From Bacteroidales bacterium UBA5548 (GTDB lineage Bacteria; Bacteroidota; Bacteroidia; Bacteroidales; UBA932): a stretch of 64,000 bases of DNA. How positions within the stretch are numbered: the first letter of the stretch is position 1; each line of letters starts with the position of its first letter. Below the pieces are notes generated by a model. The model was not told the origin of the DNA. It did no database searches and worked only from the letters and a program-made list of their open reading frames with translations. Positions 11,080 through 20,902 of the stretch are shown here, piece by piece. Where the stretch lies: NCBI GenBank assembly GCA_002425935.1, contig DINE01000027.1:43742-107741 (forward strand). Reading direction: 5' to 3'. The position numbers and the translations under genes are program-made.

Positions 11080-11895
11080 ATGGGACAAAAAACAAATCCT
11101 ATATCAAACCGCATTGGTATTATCCGTGGCTGGGACTCTAACTGGTACGGTGGAAAAGACTATGCCGCAAAAATTCTTGAGGATTCAAAGATCCGCGAGT
11201 ATCTGAATGCACGTCTTGCAAAGGCGAGCCTTTCGAAAATCGTGATCGAAAGAACCCTTAAGCTGATAACTGTAACAATTCACACTGCACGTCCCGGTAT
11301 TATTATCGGTAAGGGCGGTCAGGAGGTTGACAAACTGAAAGAGGAGTTGAAAAAAATCTCTAACAAAGAGGTTCAGATCAACATTTTTGAGGTTAAAAGA
11401 CCTGAGATTGATGCTAATATCGTAGCAAACAATATAGCCCGTCAGGTAGAGGGGCGCGTATCATACCGCCGTGCAATCAAAATGGCAATGGCATCTACAA
11501 TGAGAATGGGAGCCGAAGGTATTAAAGTTCTTATCAGCGGTCGTCTTGGCGGAGCCGAGATGGCTAGAAGAGAACTTTACAAAGAGGGTCGTACACCTCT
11601 GCACACTTTCCGTGCAGACATCGACTATGCTCACGCAGAGGCTAACACCAAAGTAGGTGTAATAGGTATTAAAGTTTGGATTTGCAACGGAGAGGTTTAC
11701 GGCAAGAGAGATCTTTCACCTAACTCAGGAGTGGCAGCAGCGTCTGCAGCACCACAGTCAGGAGGAAGAGGAGAGAGACCACGTGGAAGAGGCGGTCGCG
11801 GAGAAGGAAGAGATAACAGAGGAGGAGATCGCAGAGGCGGAAGAGGTCGTGGCGGAAACGACAGAGGAGGCCGTAGCAGAGAGCAGGCAGAATAA
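11080..11895 (+). CDS. rpsC: 30S ribosomal protein S3 with Arg/Gly-rich tail
   Basis: [31 protein letters not shown]. Confidence 0.99.
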   Translation: MGQKTNPISNRIGIIRGWDSNWYGGKDYAAKILEDSKIREYLNARLAKASLSKIVIERTLKLITVTIHTARPGIIIGKGGQEVDKLKEELKKISNKEVQINIFEVKRPEIDANIVANNIARQVEGRVSYRRAIKMAMASTMRMGAEGIKVLISGRLGGAEMARRELYKEGRTPLHTFRADIDYAHAEANTKVGVIGIKVWICNGEVYGKRDLSPNSGVAAASAAPQSGGRGERPRGRGGRGEGRDNRGGDRRGGRGRGGNDRGGRSREQAE

Positions 11896-11910
11896 TTATT
11901 CGCTGCTTAG

Positions 11911-11958
11911 AACAAAAAACAGCCGACAGATAGTTTTATCTGCCGGCTGTTTTTGTTT
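11911..11958 (+). terminator. Intrinsic terminator directly after rpsC
   Basis: AAAAACAGCCGACAGATA-GTTT-TATCTGCCGGCTGTTTTT. Confidence 0.8.
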
Positions 11959-12024
11959 CTTTTATTACATTTGTGAATAGAAAACGGCATATACGTTTTA
12001 TCTAACCCTTAAACTACTTGTAAA

Positions 12025-13221
12025 ATGAAAAAGTTAATTCTTTCACTCTCTCTTCTCCTGACACTTACTGCGCTCTTAGCGCAACCCCTTCCAAAGGTGA
12101 CTCCCGATAAGGCCGGCATGGACCCTTCAAGACTCTCCAATGTAGATGCAATCATCGAAAACTCAATTAAAACCGGTGAAATTCCGGGTGCTGTTCTGGC
12201 GGTTGTAAGAGACGGAAAGATGGTTTACCTAAAGAGTTATGGCAATAAGTCTGTTTACCCTAAAGTAGAAAAGATGGACGTAAATACCGTTTTTGACCTT
12301 GCTTCTGTCTCAAAACCCCTGGGAATGGCAATTGCCTTTATGCAGCTGGTTGAACAGGGTAAAGTTCGTCTTACCGATAACGTTTCGATGTATATTCCCG
12401 GATTCAAGGGCTACGACAACCCTGAGGGAGGGAGGCCAACAGATATCAGAATTGTTGACCTTCTTACACACTCATCAGGATTGCCTCCGTATGCACCTGC
12501 AGCAGAGCTTGTTGCTAAATACGGGTCGCCATCTCCCGAAGGTCTCATCGAGTACATAGCCACATGCAAGAGAGACTTTAAACCAGGTACTAAATTCCAG
12601 TACAGCTGCCTCAATTTTATCACTCTTCAGAATGTGCTTCAGAATGTAACCGGAATAAAACTGGAAGATTACGCAAAAAAATATGTCTTTGATGTACTAG
12701 GCCTCAAAAACACAACATTTAACCCTAAACCTGAGATGTATGCCAAAATAGCTCCAACAGAGAAGCAGGCAGATGGTACAGTTATTCTGGGTAAAGTGCA
12801 CGACCCGCTTGCAAGGCTTTTAAACGGAGGTAATTCAGGAAACGCCGGACTCTTTTCAGATGCCGAAGATATGGCTGTTATTGCTGCAGCACTAATGAAC
12901 GGCGGAGAGTACAACGGAAAGAGGATTCTGGGCGCGCTTACAGTCGAAACTATGACCAGAGTACCTAAAGATGTGGAGCAGCTTGGCAGATCACTCGGCT
13001 GGGACAACTACTCTTCGTATGCATCAAACAACGGAAACCTTTTCCACCCTACAAAAACATACGGACATACTGGTTACACAGGAACCTCATTCATTATTGA
13101 CCCTGTTTCAAAAACAGCAGTTATCCTGCTTGCAAACAGAGTGCATCCCGAAGATAAGGGCAGTGTAGTAAGGCTCAGGGCACTTGTTGCAAATGCTGTC
13201 GCAGGCGCCGTAGTCAAGTAG
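12025..13221 (+). CDS. Secreted serine hydrolase, beta-lactamase/AmpC-like fold
   Basis: Signal peptide, FDLASVSK (SxxK), LLTHSSG, YSCLNF, GHTGYTG. Confidence 0.9.
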   Translation: MKKLILSLSLLLTLTALLAQPLPKVTPDKAGMDPSRLSNVDAIIENSIKTGEIPGAVLAVVRDGKMVYLKSYGNKSVYPKVEKMDVNTVFDLASVSKPLGMAIAFMQLVEQGKVRLTDNVSMYIPGFKGYDNPEGGRPTDIRIVDLLTHSSGLPPYAPAAELVAKYGSPSPEGLIEYIATCKRDFKPGTKFQYSCLNFITLQNVLQNVTGIKLEDYAKKYVFDVLGLKNTTFNPKPEMYAKIAPTEKQADGTVILGKVHDPLARLLNGGNSGNAGLFSDAEDMAVIAAALMNGGEYNGKRILGALTVETMTRVPKDVEQLGRSLGWDNYSSYASNNGNLFHPTKTYGHTGYTGTSFIIDPVSKTAVILLANRVHPEDKGSVVRLRALVANAVAGAVVK

Positions 13222-13277
13222 AGCCTTGCTTACCAGCAATTTAATGCTTATGAAAGCAAAACACTCAATATCTGAAT

Positions 13278-14411
13278 ATGAATGTTGAAATCAAAGAGGT
13301 ACTCACTCCGGGGGAGTACCTCTCTTTTGTAAAATTTGCCGAGCAGTTATACAAAGATGAGCCCAACTGGGTTTGTCCTCTGAGGTTTGACGAACTCAAT
13401 ATTCTTAAAAAAGAGAAAAATCCATCATACGAATATTGTGATGCACGCCTTTTTATTGCCTTTAAAGAGGGCAAACCGGCGGGTAGAGTTGCAGCCATCA
13501 TAAACCACAAGTCCAACTCAATCTGGGGTGAGAAGAGAATGCGATTCGGATGGTTTGACTTTATTGATGATTACACAGTATCGGAAGCTTTGATAAACAG
13601 AGTAGAGGAGTGGGCACACGAAATGGGGATGGACAAGATAAGCGGGCCACAGGGGTTTAATGATCTTGACAAACAGGGTTTGCTGGTAGAGGGATTTGAA
13701 AACATGGCAACTGTCACAACACTATATAACTACGCCTATTACGAAGCACACTACACAAGGCTGGGACTCGAGAAAGAGGTTGACTGGACACAGAGAGTTA
13801 TGGATAATCCGGACTCAGTGCCTGAAAAACTCTCTGCATTTTCAGATATTATTATGGAGAGGTATAATCTTAGGTTGTTGCCAAAAGTCTCCAAAAAAGA
13901 GCTGTACAGGTACGGAAGAGCGCTCTTTGACTCCTATAACAGGTCGTTTGTCCCTCTTTTCTGCTTCTCTCCAATAACTGAGAAGGAGCGGGAGGGTGTG
14001 CTAAAACAGTTTATTCCGATGGTCAGGCAGGAGTTGCTTGCACTCGTGCTTGATAAAGATGACAATATTGCAGCCTTTGCAATAACGGTACCCAGCATTG
14101 CCAAAGCGCTTAACAGAGCCAAGGGTAAATTACTTCCGTTTGGACTGTTTCATATAACAAGAGCATTGAAAAGGTTTGACACAATTGAGATGTACATGAT
14201 TGGTGTGGCTCCGGAGTATCAAAAAAAGGGGCTTAATGCAATTATCTTCAACCGGCTTAACACTCAGTTTTTAAAATATGGAGTCAGGCGTGTGATAACA
14301 AACCCGCAGTTGGACTCAAATACTGCTGTAACCAGATTATTTGACTACTATCCCATGGCCCCATATATGAGGCGCAGATGTCTGGTAAAGAAGATCGGCA
14401 AGGGCAATTGA
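13278..14411 (+). CDS. GNAT-fold protein (YghO-like)
   Basis: GRVAAIINH, RFGWFDFIDD, GLLVEGF, IGVAPEYQKKG acetyl-CoA motif. Confidence 0.7.
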   Translation: MNVEIKEVLTPGEYLSFVKFAEQLYKDEPNWVCPLRFDELNILKKEKNPSYEYCDARLFIAFKEGKPAGRVAAIINHKSNSIWGEKRMRFGWFDFIDDYTVSEALINRVEEWAHEMGMDKISGPQGFNDLDKQGLLVEGFENMATVTTLYNYAYYEAHYTRLGLEKEVDWTQRVMDNPDSVPEKLSAFSDIIMERYNLRLLPKVSKKELYRYGRALFDSYNRSFVPLFCFSPITEKEREGVLKQFIPMVRQELLALVLDKDDNIAAFAITVPSIAKALNRAKGKLLPFGLFHITRALKRFDTIEMYMIGVAPEYQKKGLNAIIFNRLNTQFLKYGVRRVITNPQLDSNTAVTRLFDYYPMAPYMRRRCLVKKIGKGN

Positions 14412-15344
14412 AACGGCAGCCTCAAGCACTACAGGAACCCTTAGTGCAAAGCAGGCATCGTGCCGGCCTGTAACCTTAAACTCCTCTGCCTCTCCTGAGC
14501 TCAGGTTTATACTTCTCTGAGCCCTTGAAATGCTTGATGTTGGTTTTACAGCTACCCGCAACACAATTTCATTTCCGTTGGAGATTCCTCCGTTTACACC
14601 TCCCGAACCATTTTTTGACGTTGTTCCGTCAAGCGAAACGATTGGGTCATTATGTTCTGACCCCCACATTTTTGCAGCACTGAAACCGTCTCCGAATTCA
14701 ATACCTCTTATACCCGGAATCGCAAAAATAATATGTGACAGTACTGACTCGAGCGAATCAAAGAAGGGCTCTCCAAGACCCGCTTTAATACCCGAAACTC
14801 TGCACTCAATAACTCCCCCCAGAGAGTCTCCCTCCAGAATTGCTGTTTCAAGTTTTTGATCCCACGGGTTTTCTCCACCAATCTCAAGAATTTTGGTTGT
14901 AATTTGGGCAGGAGCCAGTAACTTCTTTGCAATCACACCCGCAATAACAAGAGCAAGGGTGACTCTTCCGGAGTGGTGTCCGCCGCCTCGTGCATCTGAA
15001 AACCCTCCGAATTTTTGACGAGAGACAAAATCGGCGTGCCCGGGGCGCGGAGTGTTTTTAAAGGACTCGTAATCAGAAGATATGGTGTTTTTATTGTTTA
15101 CAATAACAGCCAACGGTGAGCCGGTGGTGATTCCTTGAACGACTCCGCTCAAAAAGATAAGACTATCCTCCTCAACACGGGGAGTTCCCCCCTTTTTTCC
15201 GCCGGACCTTCTTAACAAATCTTCACGAAACTCTTCGGGTGTCAAAGGTAAGCCAGCCGGAACGCCATCGATAACAACCCCTATTGATGGGCCGTGAGAT
15301 TCTCCAAAAAGCTGAACGCGAAAGAGTTTGCCAAATGCATTCAT
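14337..15344 (-). CDS. aroC: Chorismate synthase
   Basis: FGESHG, PRPGHAD, GGHHSGR, GGISNG, KPTSSI, GRHD; start taken at MNAFGK. Confidence 0.96.
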   Translation of the reverse strand: MNAFGKLFRVQLFGESHGPSIGVVIDGVPAGLPLTPEEFREDLLRRSGGKKGGTPRVEEDSLIFLSGVVQGITTGSPLAVIVNNKNTISSDYESFKNTPRPGHADFVSRQKFGGFSDARGGGHHSGRVTLALVIAGVIAKKLLAPAQITTKILEIGGENPWDQKLETAILEGDSLGGVIECRVSGIKAGLGEPFFDSLESVLSHIIFAIPGIRGIEFGDGFSAAKMWGSEHNDPIVSLDGTTSKNGSGGVNGGISNGNEIVLRVAVKPTSSISRAQRSINLSSGEAEEFKVTGRHDACFALRVPVVLEAAVSIALADLLYQTSAPHIWGHGIVVK

Positions 15345-15351
15345 GGTCTGT

Positions 15352-17403
15352 TTATTTAAAATTCTTAATAAAATCGGGGAATGACTTTGAGATGCAGTTA
15401 AGGTCATCTACATAAACCTTCTCTTTAATATTAAGCGCGGCTGTTATGAGCGACATTGCTATTCGATGATCTTTGTGAGATGAACAGTATCCTCCGTGAA
15501 GCTCTCCCCCCTCAACAATCATTGAGTCTCCGTCTATCTCGATATTTGCCCCAAGTCTGGTAAATTCGCAGAAGAGGCTCTCTGCTCTGTTGCTCTCTTT
15601 ATTGGAGAGTCTTCCTACACCCTTAATCCGGCTTGTTCCGGCGCAGTTAAGGGCAAGAACCACAAGGGTAGGAAAGAGGTCCGGCGAGTTGGTGGCATCA
15701 AATTCAAAAGGCATCAGATTGCCCTTGGGTGGCAGAATCTCAATTTTTGATCCCAATATTATCTCTTTAGTGTTGTCATCTTTTAAGGCACACGGCTCAT
15801 TGCCGCACATTACCAGGTATTTGGGATATTCTGTTATTTTAATATCGGCACCGCAACCCCTAAGAACATCCATAATCTTCTCATCTGCCTGCTTTGAGTT
15901 AATTGGCAGGTTGGTAATGGTGATTCCGGAAGTTATAGCACCGGCCACCATAAGCATCGAAGCTCCGCTCCAATCGCCCTCTATCGGGAGAAAAGATTTT
16001 GATTTGTAACGCTGCCGGCCGGGGATTTTGAACTCTAACGGGTCATCATTGGTAACTGTAACCCCAAACTCCTTAAGTGTTTTAACAGTAAGTTCGATAT
16101 ATGGAGTACTGGTTGGCTCCGATAGCGTAATGGTACTGCCCTTCTCGCACATCGGAAGAGCCATAAGCATGCCCGACAAAAGCTGGGAGCCTCCCTTGCC
16201 CGACATATTAAAGGCAGCCCCCTTAATTGAGCCGGAGACAACAGCCGGCAGCTTGCCCTCTGTTGTTGCAACATTTAATCCGATGCTTTTTAGAGGTTCA
16301 TCTGTTGAGAAAAGTTCTCTCTTTCTAAGGCTTCCCTCCCCTGTGATGGTTACATCATCAACACCCTTGCTCTTCCCGGGTAGGTGGCCGGCAGTGGGTA
16401 GCATCAGACGGCACAACAGCCCCGATTCTCCAACGTTGAGCTCAACCTTTTTAATATTTTTTGAGAAGATCTCCTCTTTTGCAAGCCTTTTTGAAATCTC
16501 TTCAATTCCGGGACTTGTAATCTCAAGACGGAACTTAGGAAGCTTGCATTTTTCGGATTTAACCTTAACACCCAGACTCTTCACAAGTTCTATGGCAGCC
16601 TCAGTATCGGCGCAAGGTGTGTACGCGTACAGCGAACTCTTCCCCTTAGCCCACGCAGCAGCAAGAATAGCCCTCTGTGCATGGCTTTTGGATGCGGGAG
16701 CGGTAATCTTTTTGATTACACCTTTTCGGTTAACATTATGAGGGTAATATTTTTTTGAGATAAGTCTTTCTGCCTCGGCAACCGTAAATTGGCCGGGTGC
16801 AGTGCGACTATCTTCATCTGCAGAACAGTAGATAAAAGGAGCCCCTATAGAATGTGAAAGCAGCCTTGTGAATTTGCCCTCATCGCCTATCGAAAAGGCC
16901 ACAAGAGTCTCTTTTGGATACTGTTTGTAGAGCCTTGTCAGCCTTGAACACTCCTGAATTGTTTTTGCATTTGTAACCAGTTTCACAATATCGGCCCCTC
17001 TCTCACGAGAGTTTTCGTATATCTCACAGAGCCTTTCGTAACTTTCGGTATTGTTAAAGTTGTGGTATGATAAGATTATTTTGAAGCCACCTTTTCTTGC
17101 GGCTGTAATGAGTTCGTTTCTGTACTCTTCGGGAGAGTCGTAATCGAGATCGATATACCTTTTGCCCTTACTCTTTTTGGTTCTGCTTCCCAGAATAGCC
17201 CAAAGAAGCATCTTCCTGCTTTCGGCATACGAAATTTCGTATGCTCTGCAGGTTGCAATCAGGTCTTTCTTAGATCTGAAAAGTGCAGCCGTCTCCTCAC
17301 GGTTCAGCTGTGCAAGATCAAGCCTGATCTCTGCAAGTTGAGCTTTGGAAAGGGCCTCGTTAACCGCAGCTGACCCTTTGGTACCAATGCTAATACAAAT
17401 CAT
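15352..17403 (-). CDS. aroA: Fused type I 3-dehydroquinate dehydratase / EPSP synthase
   Basis: N-terminal EIRLD, ILSYHNF, ADIVKL, APGQ (AroD); C-terminal ASKSHAQR, SQLLSG, KESNR, DHRIAM, KSFPDF (AroA). Confidence 0.92.
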   Translation of the reverse strand: MICISIGTKGSAAVNEALSKAQLAEIRLDLAQLNREETAALFRSKKDLIATCRAYEISYAESRKMLLWAILGSRTKKSKGKRYIDLDYDSPEEYRNELITAARKGGFKIILSYHNFNNTESYERLCEIYENSRERGADIVKLVTNAKTIQECSRLTRLYKQYPKETLVAFSIGDEGKFTRLLSHSIGAPFIYCSADEDSRTAPGQFTVAEAERLISKKYYPHNVNRKGVIKKITAPASKSHAQRAILAAAWAKGKSSLYAYTPCADTEAAIELVKSLGVKVKSEKCKLPKFRLEITSPGIEEISKRLAKEEIFSKNIKKVELNVGESGLLCRLMLPTAGHLPGKSKGVDDVTITGEGSLRKRELFSTDEPLKSIGLNVATTEGKLPAVVSGSIKGAAFNMSGKGGSQLLSGMLMALPMCEKGSTITLSEPTSTPYIELTVKTLKEFGVTVTNDDPLEFKIPGRQRYKSKSFLPIEGDWSGASMLMVAGAITSGITITNLPINSKQADEKIMDVLRGCGADIKITEYPKYLVMCGNEPCALKDDNTKEIILGSKIEILPPKGNLMPFEFDATNSPDLFPTLVVLALNCAGTSRIKGVGRLSNKESNRAESLFCEFTRLGANIEIDGDSMIVEGGELHGGYCSSHKDHRIAMSLITAALNIKEKVYVDDLNCISKSFPDFIKNFK

Positions 17404-18409
17404 ACAAATACTCCTCCAGTCTGTTTACCGGCAAAGGATATGTTACACATTTGCCAATCTTCTCAATTAATATAAAAGTTATAATATCCCCCGATCTTTT
17501 TTTGTCACGTTTAATTGCATCTGCAAGTGTCATTGTGTTTACAGGCGATGCAGTTCTCAGGCCAAGAAGCCTGAAATCATTCTCTATCTTCTCTGCAGTA
17601 GTTTTACCTGTTACAGATAGTTTAACCGACAGTTTTGCGGCCAGTACAATTCCTGCGGCAACAGCTTCGCCGTGGGAAATACCGCACTCCTTTTCGATAG
17701 CATGCGCAAATGTATGCCCAAGATTTAACAGTTTGCGTTCGCCTGTTTCATATAAATCCCGTGCTGTTAGCTGTGTTTTGAACCTTGCTGCTTCTGAAAT
17801 GTAAGGAGCAATCATAGACATTGAATCTGATGCCCCCGATCTGGCCTTCATCAGTGAATTTACAAGACCTTTGTAACTGTCACTGCTAAAAAGGATAAAT
17901 GTCTTGAGAAGCTCTGAGAGCCCCTCGTTTACCTCATGCAACGGCAAAGACTTTAAAAATGCCGGGCAAATAACAGTAAACTCCGGTTGTCTGATAACTC
18001 CAAGAATATTCTTGTAACCGTCCAGATTAACCCCGTTTTTCCCTCCAAGTGAGGCATCTACCTGAGCCAGTAAAGTTGTAGGGACATAACCGCACCTTAA
18101 GCCTCTGAAGTAAGTTGATGCCACAAACCCGCCAAGATCGGTTAGAATTCCTCCTCCAACTACAAGAATGAAAGTATCTCTGTCTGCCTCAAGATCCATA
18201 AGCCGGGCAGCAATCTCTCCTGCCATCTGTAAAGATTTGTTTTTTTCCGAAGCTTCAGCCGTAATCTGTTCAAAAGGGAAATATTTTCCGTATAAGTCTT
18301 TGACTGTTTGGTCTATAATAACAACAACACGCCTCTCTGAATGTAACAGGGAGGGTATCTCCTCAATAGAGGCACACTCAATAAGTTTAGCCGGATTTAA
18401 GTTGTCCAT
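17390..18409 (-). CDS. aroB: 3-dehydroquinate synthase
   Basis: GGGILTDLGGF, PTTLLAQVDASLGGKNGVN, LNLGHTFAHAIE; start taken at MDNLNP. Confidence 0.95.
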   Translation of the reverse strand: MDNLNPAKLIECASIEEIPSLLHSERRVVVIIDQTVKDLYGKYFPFEQITAEASEKNKSLQMAGEIAARLMDLEADRDTFILVVGGGILTDLGGFVASTYFRGLRCGYVPTTLLAQVDASLGGKNGVNLDGYKNILGVIRQPEFTVICPAFLKSLPLHEVNEGLSELLKTFILFSSDSYKGLVNSLMKARSGASDSMSMIAPYISEAARFKTQLTARDLYETGERKLLNLGHTFAHAIEKECGISHGEAVAAGIVLAAKLSVKLSVTGKTTAEKIENDFRLLGLRTASPVNTMTLADAIKRDKKRSGDIITFILIEKIGKCVTYPLPVNRLEEYLYDLY

Positions 18410-18528
18410 TGGTGCAAAGTTAAAATTTAAAAGGGGATTTTTAACAATGAATAAATAAAATTCAACATCGTAAAAACCTGAACTGAACCTTTTCATTACA
18501 GATTGAAATATCATAGTTTTACAAGAAA

Positions 18529-20049
18529 ATGTTGTGCAGAACATATTGCGGTGCTTGTCTGGGGATTGAGGCAATAACCGTTACGGTAGAGGTTGATGTT
18601 TCGCAGGGTATAAGTTTCTACCTGGTAGGACTGCCTGATAGTGCTGTAAGGGAGAGCCAGCAGCGGATTACAACAGCGCTTTTAACAATTGGTGCCAAGA
18701 TGCCAGGTAAGCGGATTGTGGTCAATCTAGCACCTGCAGATCTGAAAAAAGAGGGGTCATCTTTCGATCTTGCCATTGCCGTAGGAATCCTTGCAGCTTC
18801 GGGTCAGTATGAGTTTCCCTCTTTAAGCAGTTATCTGATTATGGGGGAGCTTGCACTTGACGGAACATTAAGGCCTGTTTCGGGAGCTCTTCCTCTGGCA
18901 ATTCATGCAGCAAAAGAGATGTTTAAAGGGATAATACTGCCGCTTGAATCGGCATCGGAGGCCTGCGACATTCACGGGATTAACGTTTTTGGTGTAACAG
19001 GTCTTTCAGAGGTTATTTCGGTTCTGCTGGAGGATGGGAGGCTCTCTCCGATAAAACCAGTAAAGAGTTTTGATACAAGAACCCTTGAAGAGAGAAAAAT
19101 CCCTGATTTTAGCCAGATAAGAGGGCAAGAGCATGTCAAAAGAGGGTTGGAGATTGCTGCAAGCGGGTCGCATAATATTTTAATGTGCGGAGTTCCGGGT
19201 TCCGGGAAGAGTCTTATGGCAAAGGCTCTTGCGGGCATACTGCCGCTACTTGAAAGGGAGGAGTCTATTGAGACTAGCATGATTTATTCGGTGGCAGGGC
19301 GGTTTGCAAACATCGGCAAGAGTGCCGGGCTTATGCATGAAAGACCGTTCAGAGCGCCACACCATTCTACATCTGTAGTTGCTGTAACTGGAGGGGGTGC
19401 TAAAGCTCTTCCGGGTGAGTTGTCGCTTGCCCATAACGGGGTACTCTACCTTGATGAACTACCTGAGTTTTCGAGAGAGCTGCTGGAGCTGCTCAGGCAA
19501 CCGCTTGAAGATAAGATCATAAACATTTCAAGATCAAAATACAAAGTGAGCTACCCATGTAACTTTATGCTTGTTGCGTCGATGAACCCATGTCCCTGTG
19601 GCTATTACGGACAACCGGGTGATAAATGTCAATGCATGCCATACAAGATTCAAAGGTACCGTTCAAAGATTTCGGGGCCACTACTTGACAGAATAGATAT
19701 TCATCTGGATGTAAGCCCGGTTCCGGGAGATTTGCTAATGTCGGCAACATTGGCAGAGAGTTCGTCTGATATCGCAGCACGAGTACGGCGGGCCAGGGAG
19801 ATACAATTCAAAAGGTTTGGCAGTTCAAAGCGAACTAATTCAACAATGACCCTGCCCGAGATAAAAGTGCACTGCCAACTCGGCTCTGCCGAAAAGAGTC
19901 TGCTTGCCACTGCAGTAAAGCGACTTGACCTCTCGGCCCGCGCCTACCACCGAATTCTCAAACTCTCCCGCACCATTGCCGACCTTGATGGCAGCACAAA
20001 TATATCCGTGAGCCATATTGCCGAAGCGATTCAGTACAGGGTATTATAA
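18529..20049 (+). CDS. comM: YifB/ComM family Mg-chelatase-like AAA+ ATPase
   Basis: VNLAPADLKKEG, GVPGSGKS, RPFRAPHHS, LAHNGVLYLDE, NPCPCG, SGPLLDRID. Confidence 0.9.
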   Translation: MLCRTYCGACLGIEAITVTVEVDVSQGISFYLVGLPDSAVRESQQRITTALLTIGAKMPGKRIVVNLAPADLKKEGSSFDLAIAVGILAASGQYEFPSLSSYLIMGELALDGTLRPVSGALPLAIHAAKEMFKGIILPLESASEACDIHGINVFGVTGLSEVISVLLEDGRLSPIKPVKSFDTRTLEERKIPDFSQIRGQEHVKRGLEIAASGSHNILMCGVPGSGKSLMAKALAGILPLLEREESIETSMIYSVAGRFANIGKSAGLMHERPFRAPHHSTSVVAVTGGGAKALPGELSLAHNGVLYLDELPEFSRELLELLRQPLEDKIINISRSKYKVSYPCNFMLVASMNPCPCGYYGQPGDKCQCMPYKIQRYRSKISGPLLDRIDIHLDVSPVPGDLLMSATLAESSSDIAARVRRAREIQFKRFGSSKRTNSTMTLPEIKVHCQLGSAEKSLLATAVKRLDLSARAYHRILKLSRTIADLDGSTNISVSHIAEAIQYRVL

Positions 20050-20104
20050 ATGTTGCGATAACTAAATGTTTCAGACTTTGAAAATCATAACAAGATGATG
20101 TCCT

Positions 20105-20230
20105 TTATAACTTAAGAAGCCATTTCCATACGGGAATAACTTCTATTACTTCTCTGTCAAATGTACCATCATTGTTATCAAGGCTATAGCAAACCTGGAT
20201 TGCGGTTGTTTCTTCAGGAATATAAAATAG
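20105..20230 (-). pseudogene. Probable C-terminal remnant of an AAA_14/DUF4143 ATP-binding protein
   Basis: AIQVCYSL...TFDRE...IEVIPVWKWLL resembles that family's C-terminus; no N-terminal ATPase domain present. Confidence 0.5.
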
Positions 20231-20470
20231 ATTCAAAATGCAATATTTTGTATATAAGAAATAAAAGTATTTTATATGCGAAACAAAAATAACCCCAAAT
20301 CGTTTTGTGAGCAAAACAAAACCATGACGCTAATTATCCAAAATGTTTAATAAGTCCCTAACCTAAAATGGGATTTTGACAAAACTTAAAAAGTAAATCA
20401 CTATTGAGCAATGTGTGAGTGATTGGTCTGGCGATTTTTGTAAATTTGCGGAGTCTTATAATGGAAGGAG

Positions 20471-20902
20471 ATGGTTAACAAGATTATTATTAGGGGGTTG
20501 TCGGATATAGAGAGTGCGGCGGCAAAGTTTCTGGAGCTGAAGGGCAGGAGCAGTGTTATTGCATTGTATGGAGGGATGGGTGCCGGAAAGACCACTTTTA
20601 CAAAGGCGTTGTGCAGTGTGCTGGGAGTTGTGGATGGAGTTAACAGCCCTACATTTAATATTGTTAATGAGTACCGCACTGCTTCGGGAGAGACGGTTTA
20701 CCATTTTGATTTTTACAGAATTGAGAGTATTGCAGAGGCTCTGGATATAGGTTTTGAAGAGTACCTGTACAGCGGGGATTTATGTATTATTGAGTGGCCG
20801 GAAAAAGTAGAACAGATATTGCCCGATGATACTCTCAAAGTGCAGATATCTGTTCTTAATAACCATTACAGAGAGCTCACATTCGGCTCTGCAGTAGATT
20901 AG
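20471..20902 (+). CDS. tsaE: tRNA t6A biosynthesis ATPase TsaE
   Basis: GGMGAGKTT, SPTFNIVNEY, YHFDFYRI, IIEWPE. Confidence 0.96.
   Translation: MVNKIIIRGLSDIESAAAKFLELKGRSSVIALYGGMGAGKTTFTKALCSVLGVVDGVNSPTFNIVNEYRTASGETVYHFDFYRIESIAEALDIGFEEYLYSGDLCIIEWPEKVEQILPDDTLKVQISVLNNHYRELTFGSAVD

Noticed and set aside
11750-11895. Purine-rich repetitive DNA at the end of rpsC
   Set aside because: It encodes an ordinary low-complexity Arg/Gly tail of S3.
12025-13221. Beta-lactam resistance gene
   Set aside because: The SxxK fold is shared with esterases and peptidoglycan amidases; nothing specifically indicates a beta-lactamase.
15590-16741. Long antisense ORFs (e.g. 16028-16741; also 22499-23146)
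   Set aside because: Shadow frames opposite well-supported genes, with no recognisable motifs.
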